Below, one piece after another: positions 59,402 to 64,000 of a stretch of 64,000 bases of DNA. Origin of the DNA: Escherichia phage vB_EcoP_G7C; sequence record NC_015933.1; one strand, 5' to 3'. The position numbers and the translations under genes are program-made. Numbering within the stretch: position 1 is the first letter of the stretch; every line of letters begins with the position of its first letter. Under the pieces are notes generated by a model. That model saw only the letters and a list, made by a program, of their open reading frames with translations. It did no database searches and was not told the origin of the DNA.

Positions 59402-59923
59402 CTATTCAAAAAGTTTACGGTCAGCCTGAATTTGTTTACCCAACTCAATTAGTTGGTTGTCACGGAGTCTAACAGTTGCCCGGAGTTCTTCAACCAAACG
59501 TCTGCCTTCTTCAAGACTGTTGTCGAGTCTGGCTGCATGGCTTGCAAGACTTCTGCACTCAAGGGTTCCGGCTTCGGCTTGACGTTTATATACCGATGCT
59601 CGTCTTTCAGACTGTTGCATCCGGCTGTCGTAATCACTACTAACGCGAGCAAGCTCGCTTGCGTAATTACTCTCAGCCGTCTGCAACCGGGAAGTGAGTA
59701 ACCCGACTTCATAACTATGGTTTCTTTGGAGAGCATTGTATTTGTCCTGTAGTTCTTGCGTTGCCTTCTGATCTTCAACCTTTTGGGCATCCCACTTCTT
59801 TTGAACAGTAGACTGTCCATTGGAATTACCCCAAAAGTAAATGGTGGCCCCGAGGACCACCACCAGAAGATAAGGCCAACCTTTAGAGATTAGCATCTTC
59901 ATTACATGCCTCCAGTGGTACAT
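59402..59923 (-). CDS. Rz-like i-spanin (N-terminal TM helix, periplasmic coiled coil); true start may be an internal Met near 59896-59902
   Basis: [24 protein letters not shown] transmembrane segment followed by Gln/Ala/Arg-rich coiled-coil; contains an out-of-frame lipoprotein ORF. Confidence 0.55.
   Translation of the reverse strand: MYHWRHVMKMLISKGWPYLLVVVLGATIYFWGNSNGQSTVQKKWDAQKVEDQKATQELQDKYNALQRNHSYEVGLLTSRLQTAESNYASELARVSSDYDSRMQQSERRASVYKRQAEAGTLECRSLASHAARLDNSLEEGRRLVEELRATVRLRDNQLIELGKQIQADRKLFE
59449..59712 (-). CDS. Rz1-like o-spanin embedded in Rz in an alternative frame (lipoprotein)
   Basis: Within track ORF 59449..59820: signal peptide [22 protein letters not shown] with lipobox-like TAGC, Pro-rich mature part ([12 protein letters not shown]...). 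Confidence 0.45.
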   Translation of the reverse strand: MKSGYSLPGCRRLRVITQASLLALVVITTAGCNSLKDEHRYINVKPKPEPLSAEVLQAMQPDSTTVLKKADVWLKNSGQLLDSVTTN

Positions 59924-60518
59924 TACCGATTCGGTTAGCTACCCAACCATACGTAAAGTCTGGCATGTTCAATGAGGTGTAGTGGTTCAATTGTTTAGCA
60001 TCAAGCAACTTAATCATTACCTGACATGCTGCAACTTTGCCTCGTTTTTTCTGCAATGCTTTATATGCATTAACAGTACCTGCACCGACTTTACCATCAA
60101 CTTGTACTTTAGGGTAGTCTTTGCCATTACGGGACATTTCATTAAGAGATTGCTGCAACCACTTAGCTGGTCTGGTTACACCGGTATTAACACCAGCATC
60201 AACCAGTTTGTATGTTACAGCAGGAGATATATCAGCGAAGGCTACGAAGTTAGGTTTAATAACGTAGTCATCAATGTATATCTCAGCAGCCATCTCTTTC
60301 GATAAACCTTTCATGGAACCATCCCAACCATACTCAGTAGCCAGAACTTCTTGGTGAGACTTAGCTACTGAATGGGTAATACCATGATTAGTTTCCCCAC
60401 CTGGGTCACGAGGATTGTTTACGTACCCTCCTTCCATATAGAACACTGCCCCCAGAATAGCAGCGATAACTCCTCCCACTGCACCCCCTTTTGCAGCAAG
60501 TTTCTGTTTAGCTTTCAT
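59883..60518 (-). CDS. Endolysin: GH108-family N-acetylmuramidase with N-terminal SAR (signal-anchor-release) segment and C-terminal peptidoglycan-binding region
   Basis: MEGGYVNNPRDPGGETNHGIT matches the GH108 EGGYVNDPxDxGGxTxxGIT signature; N-terminal Gly/Ala-rich weakly hydrophobic GGAVGGVIAAILGAVF. Confidence 0.7.
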   Translation of the reverse strand: MKAKQKLAAKGGAVGGVIAAILGAVFYMEGGYVNNPRDPGGETNHGITHSVAKSHQEVLATEYGWDGSMKGLSKEMAAEIYIDDYVIKPNFVAFADISPAVTYKLVDAGVNTGVTRPAKWLQQSLNEMSRNGKDYPKVQVDGKVGAGTVNAYKALQKKRGKVAACQVMIKLLDAKQLNHYTSLNMPDFTYGWVANRIGNVPLEACNEDANL

Positions 60519-60768
60519 GAGAATCTTCCTTTGGATGGAATCGTATTAGTCTGCCCACAATATTTAAAGCAAACAGTGCGATTGTAATACTGGAACCATG
60601 TGGAATATCTTCAAGGATGTGACGTGGTAGTCCTGTTAGCATTGGTTGGATAATATCTACTGTAGAAAACAGAATTAATCCAAATGCACTAATCTGAACA
60701 GATGCCCACTTCCAGGACTTCTTCCAGTTAGGAACTAGCCCTATTTTTCTTTTTAGCTTGTGAACCAT
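60508..60768 (-). CDS. Putative holin/pinholin (two TM segments; 86 aa from internal Met; track ORF 60508..60834)
   Basis: ISAFGLILFSTVDII and ITIALFALNIVGRL hydrophobic helices; GGGAG RBS before the internal ATG; immediately upstream of the SAR endolysin. Confidence 0.45.
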   Translation of the reverse strand: MVHKLKRKIGLVPNWKKSWKWASVQISAFGLILFSTVDIIQPMLTGLPRHILEDIPHGSSITIALFALNIVGRLIRFHPKEDSHES

Positions 60769-61085
60769 GCGAATATCTCCCGTCTTGCAGCAGCCAATAC
60801 ACCAATAATTGCACCTGCCCCAGCCCACACCCACTTACCAAAAATTCCAGCACCTGCAACCTTATGTTTAATGGTGATGAACTCTTCGATGGTAGGTTCA
60901 GACTTAGTGATGCTCTCCTCTACCCGTCTAAGTCGGGTACTAAGATCACCCATAGACTCGCTTAGCTTTTTAATAGACTCTTCCATTTTCTCCCTATCCC
61001 TCGATTCACGAGTTTGGTTTTCGAAAATGTTTCTCAGTCTCTCTTCAAGTCTGGCTAGAGTTACGTTATCTGGTTCATTTCCCAT
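60753..61085 (-). CDS. Membrane protein with coiled-coil N-terminus and C-terminal TM helix (candidate holin/antiholin or lysis regulator)
   Basis: C-terminal GAGIFGKWVWAGAGAIIGVLAAA hydrophobic segment; first gene of the lysis cluster. Confidence 0.4.
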   Translation of the reverse strand: MGNEPDNVTLARLEERLRNIFENQTRESRDREKMEESIKKLSESMGDLSTRLRRVEESITKSEPTIEEFITIKHKVAGAGIFGKWVWAGAGAIIGVLAAARREIFAWFTS

Positions 61086-61152
61086 AGGGATTTTCTCAGG
61101 TTAGTTAAGTCGTAATTGACTGAAACAGTCTACATAAAGGTTTGATTGGGGT

Positions 61153-61182
61153 ACAACAAAAAAGCCCCTCCCTCATGGGCTT
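61153..61182 (-). terminator. Intrinsic terminator (minus strand) downstream of tailspike gene
   Basis: On minus strand AAGCCC-ATGAGGGAG-GGGCTT followed by TTTTTGTTGT. Confidence 0.5.
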
Positions 61183-61205
61183 CGAAGATTAAATACTTTT
61201 TCTGA

Positions 61206-61233
61206 TGATAAAAATAACCCCGCCGAAGCGGGG
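61206..61233 (-). terminator. Intrinsic terminator (minus strand): CCCCGC-TTCG-GCGGGG hairpin + T-run
   Basis: On minus strand GC-rich 6-bp stem with TTCG tetraloop followed by TTATTTTTAT; identical hairpin at 63844. Confidence 0.6.
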
Positions 61234-61261
61234 CATAATTTTAGTTAACTGCTATGCCAGA

Positions 61262-63817
61262 TTAGCCCACATTACCAATAGTCATGCTGTACTCAAGAGT
61301 AAATAACTGACTAGAAGCAGACGGGTTATATAATCCTACATAACCAGAGGTAGCTACAGTAGTAGAGAATGCAGACGTAGTTGCCGTGCCATCATCTGAC
61401 TCTACAGTAAAGGTATGAGCACCAGTAGAGGAGGAAGTATATTCCCATACTTTAAAGCCTTTATCTTCACGAGTAGTATCACCAAATACTACCCAGTCAG
61501 TTGGGTTAGCATTGTTGAACGTACCGATGCACATATTACCTGCAGCATTCACACCGACTAACACACCAACATTAGTAAGTGGGTTATAGTTAAGTGCAAT
61601 ATAGGTGTTTTTCTTAAGACCTCTCGGTACAGCCAGATAACCTACAGATGCACCATTATAAAGGTGAGAGTCTGCGGTTTTACTGAACTGAGTACCAGAC
61701 AAAACTTCACCAAATACACCATAGTCATTGGCGTTAGACTGCTTCATTACTGGAGCAGGACGGGTCATGTTAGGTTCTTTGCTAAGACGAACCATCGGCA
61801 GCTTAACCCCATCCGTTTTGTAAGAACCAAACTTCAGCATAGGGAAGTAAGCATCAGTAGGACTACCATCAATGATATAACGGATAAAGTTCAAACCTTT
61901 ACGTAATCGCCCCATATAGGTAGTAAGGGTTTTGCCACCCCCAAAGTAACTCATGGCAGTCTTGCCATTAAGCACGGTGCGGTAGGCATTAATTTGAGTA
62001 TTACGTTCTTGGTATTCACCGGACTCAAACAATGCTTTGCCCACAGGAGACTCAACACGGATGTTGTGGGATTGCCCAACAACGGCAGCATTAGTCCATG
62101 GTTCTAGAAGGGATACAGTCATACCTTCTTCTTCACACCATACCATTGTGGTCATGGTTACATTTTCATTAGTTACACACTTAGACAGAAAACGGAATAC
62201 GTTCAGAGCAGGAGCACCAGATACAGGTACATACTGTGGTGCATAGTGAGTACCGGAAGGATACCCTACACAATCCCAATAGTTTTCTACAGCAGCCTGA
62301 GTGAGCATATCCCCCGGTCTAACACGACGACAGTACTTATTACCAAGGGTCTGCATATACATCGCATTACCCATAGCCATTTGTCCAAGTTCTTGTGGGT
62401 GAGTAGTATCCCAGGTTCCATCCTTCTTAACATAGTAGTAGTACCCAGTTTGCTCATTGCGGCTACTTGCACTAGTCAGATTTGGTCCCAAGTTAAAATA
62501 CTCAACACCTAGTTTATCTGCCATGTACTTCTTAGTACTAAGCTCAAATGCCATACGTACTGAGTCATTATCGTTGACTGTTACAATACCAACGGCACAA
62601 CCGTAGCCCCATGCTTTACGAACAAACTTGTCAATCTGGTCACGGTAGGTAGCGATACTAGCACTACTGTCATTCCAACCCATTGCAAGGATACATACAC
62701 GAGGAGCTTCTGCACCATAGCGTGTGTTACCGAAGAACCCACGGTCGAAGTTACGATAACCCCAACCGTCGGATAACTTCTTACCAGATACGGAACAGTT
62801 AGCTGATTGGTAAATAGTTTCACCACTACGACGAGACTGTGTGAGCAACAAGCCATTCATCCAGTGTTCAGTCCATGAGTGGGAACCCCCAGATAAAGAA
62901 TGATTGTATGTACTTGGGGCATCTAAGTCACCATCTGAGTTAGTTGGCGGAGAACTCCAATCCTGTTTACCCCATGCACCATCAGTAATGGAATCGCCAA
63001 TGATACCGATACGACAAAATGTCTGGTCACGGAATGCACAGTATATTTCGTCATTAACGGTTTTATTGTTACCATTCATTGAAGCAGCAATGTCAAACGT
63101 ATGGTCCTTTGCATACCACTGGTTTTTAACAATAAGTTTGCCTTCCCCAACAAACTTACGGACATCATCATCGGGTAGTAAGTTACAACGAATGGTAACA
63201 CCATTAGGGATAAAGATTTTACCGGGGAAAGCATAAGCAGCTGCACGGTTATCCGTAGTAGTATTAACAACAATACCAGGAACATCATATACGGAAGTAG
63301 AACCAACAGGAGGAATTAGACCATTGTTTAATTCTTGTCGTATTAATTCATCATTAGCAATAACCCATGCAGTGGGAGAAATACCACCTGCACTAACCGG
63401 GGTAGAGTTAAGTGGTACGCTCTTGGGTAACCCACCAGCCCAGCGATACTGCGTGCCATTATGAGTAAGCAATTCATTCTTGGTCTGTATAACTGAGCCA
63501 GAAGTAAACGTATCCGGTAAAGTTACATATTCTTTGCGAGTAACAGCTAATGCACCTAAGTCCACGCTACCAGCAGAGTGAACTAATACACCAGCAGGAC
63601 TAAGGCTTATAGCAGTAACACCTGAACCAATGTTAGCAGGTAAGGAATAAGCACGCTGTGTCCCTTTGTCGTAGATGACTTTGTAACCACTTAGTACAGC
63701 ACCCACTGAGAAGTAAACAACCTCAGATTGTTTAACCCCAAAGTGACGTGCTATTGCTTGTTTATTGGTTAGGATTCCTGTTGAACCCTTACCGCCTTGT
63801 GAGAACATTTCGTTCAT
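61262..63817 (-). CDS. Tailspike protein with SGNH/GDSL-type esterase domain (candidate O-antigen deacetylase receptor-binding protein)
   Basis: GDSITDG (SGNH block I) and AMGWNDSS (block III GxND); 851 aa; architecture as described for esterase tailspikes of G7C-type N4-like coliphages. Confidence 0.65.
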   Translation of the reverse strand: MNEMFSQGGKGSTGILTNKQAIARHFGVKQSEVVYFSVGAVLSGYKVIYDKGTQRAYSLPANIGSGVTAISLSPAGVLVHSAGSVDLGALAVTRKEYVTLPDTFTSGSVIQTKNELLTHNGTQYRWAGGLPKSVPLNSTPVSAGGISPTAWVIANDELIRQELNNGLIPPVGSTSVYDVPGIVVNTTTDNRAAAYAFPGKIFIPNGVTIRCNLLPDDDVRKFVGEGKLIVKNQWYAKDHTFDIAASMNGNNKTVNDEIYCAFRDQTFCRIGIIGDSITDGAWGKQDWSSPPTNSDGDLDAPSTYNHSLSGGSHSWTEHWMNGLLLTQSRRSGETIYQSANCSVSGKKLSDGWGYRNFDRGFFGNTRYGAEAPRVCILAMGWNDSSASIATYRDQIDKFVRKAWGYGCAVGIVTVNDNDSVRMAFELSTKKYMADKLGVEYFNLGPNLTSASSRNEQTGYYYYVKKDGTWDTTHPQELGQMAMGNAMYMQTLGNKYCRRVRPGDMLTQAAVENYWDCVGYPSGTHYAPQYVPVSGAPALNVFRFLSKCVTNENVTMTTMVWCEEEGMTVSLLEPWTNAAVVGQSHNIRVESPVGKALFESGEYQERNTQINAYRTVLNGKTAMSYFGGGKTLTTYMGRLRKGLNFIRYIIDGSPTDAYFPMLKFGSYKTDGVKLPMVRLSKEPNMTRPAPVMKQSNANDYGVFGEVLSGTQFSKTADSHLYNGASVGYLAVPRGLKKNTYIALNYNPLTNVGVLVGVNAAGNMCIGTFNNANPTDWVVFGDTTREDKGFKVWEYTSSSTGAHTFTVESDDGTATTSAFSTTVATSGYVGLYNPSASSQLFTLEYSMTIGNVG

Positions 63818-63827
63818 ATAAACCTCT

Positions 63828-63860
63828 TTGTTTTTCTAAGAAACCCCGCCGAAGCGGGGG
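63828..63860 (-). terminator. Intrinsic terminator (minus strand), same CCCCGC-TTCG-GCGGGG hairpin as at 61217
   Basis: Identical 16-nt hairpin; on minus strand followed by TTTCTTAG; downstream of the partial gene at window end. Confidence 0.55.
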
Positions 63861-63864
63861 TATT

Positions 63865-64000
63865 CTACCTGATAATGAACTTACCGAGGCTCATATCATT
63901 TATCAGAGTTGCAACTATGTTTGCCAGTTGGGTGGTTGTTAACGTGTTCACATCACCACCACGCAACTGTCCGGCGTTTGTGAATGGGAACTGCTGAGGC
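63865..64000 (-). CDS. C-terminal fragment of a minus-strand gene continuing beyond the window (probably tail fibre/adaptor)
   Basis: Minus-strand frame open from window end to TAG at about 63865 (…LANIVATLINDMSLGKFIIR*); followed by terminator. Confidence 0.35.
   Translation of the reverse strand, partial: PQQFPFTNAGQLRGGDVNTLTTTQLANIVATLINDMSLGKFIIR

Noticed and set aside
1-64000. CRISPR arrays, integrase/transposase genes, IS elements, prophage attachment sites
   Set aside because: No regularly spaced direct repeats with unique spacers and no recombinase-like ORFs were found; the HNH genes are free-standing homing-type endonucleases without terminal inverted repeats.

Overview
This window reads as most of the genome of an N4-like podophage (Schitoviridae-type architecture). 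The anchor is an 11.3-kb minus-strand ORF (36223..47487, 3754 aa), which matches the giant virion-packaged RNA polymerase that defines this group. Left of it, every gene is on the + strand: an early region of small host-takeover ORFs (145..5216) preceded by four copies of a 5-bp-stem/3-nt-loop hairpin with an identical GCTCCGC core (template-strand GCGGAGC), which I read as virion-RNAP early promoters; a split T7-like RNAP II (5265..6083 and 6668..7885) interrupted by a homing-endonuclease-like gene; then a middle/replication region (MoxR-type AAA ATPase, VWA partner, dCTP deaminase, ThyX, rIIA/rIIB-like pair, Dda-like helicase, family-A DNA polymerase, PD-(D/E)XK nuclease, primase-like protein, P-loop ATPase, SSB-like protein, RuvC-like resolvase), with four paralogous AP2-HNH endonuclease genes scattered through it. 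Right of the vRNAP, all genes are on the minus strand: structural genes (major capsid, portal, ejection proteins), a lysis cassette (holin, SAR GH108 endolysin, Rz with embedded Rz1) and an SGNH-esterase tailspike. The most unusual feature is a ~1.2-kb ORF-free, hairpin-dense stretch (about 34300..35480) carrying two tRNA T-arm-like motifs that I could not fold into canonical tRNAs; it is the best candidate for an undescribed structured RNA locus. No CRISPR array, integrase or transposase was seen. All calls are from reading the sequence and the ORF track, with no database searches; hand-located coordinates may be off by 1-2 nt.
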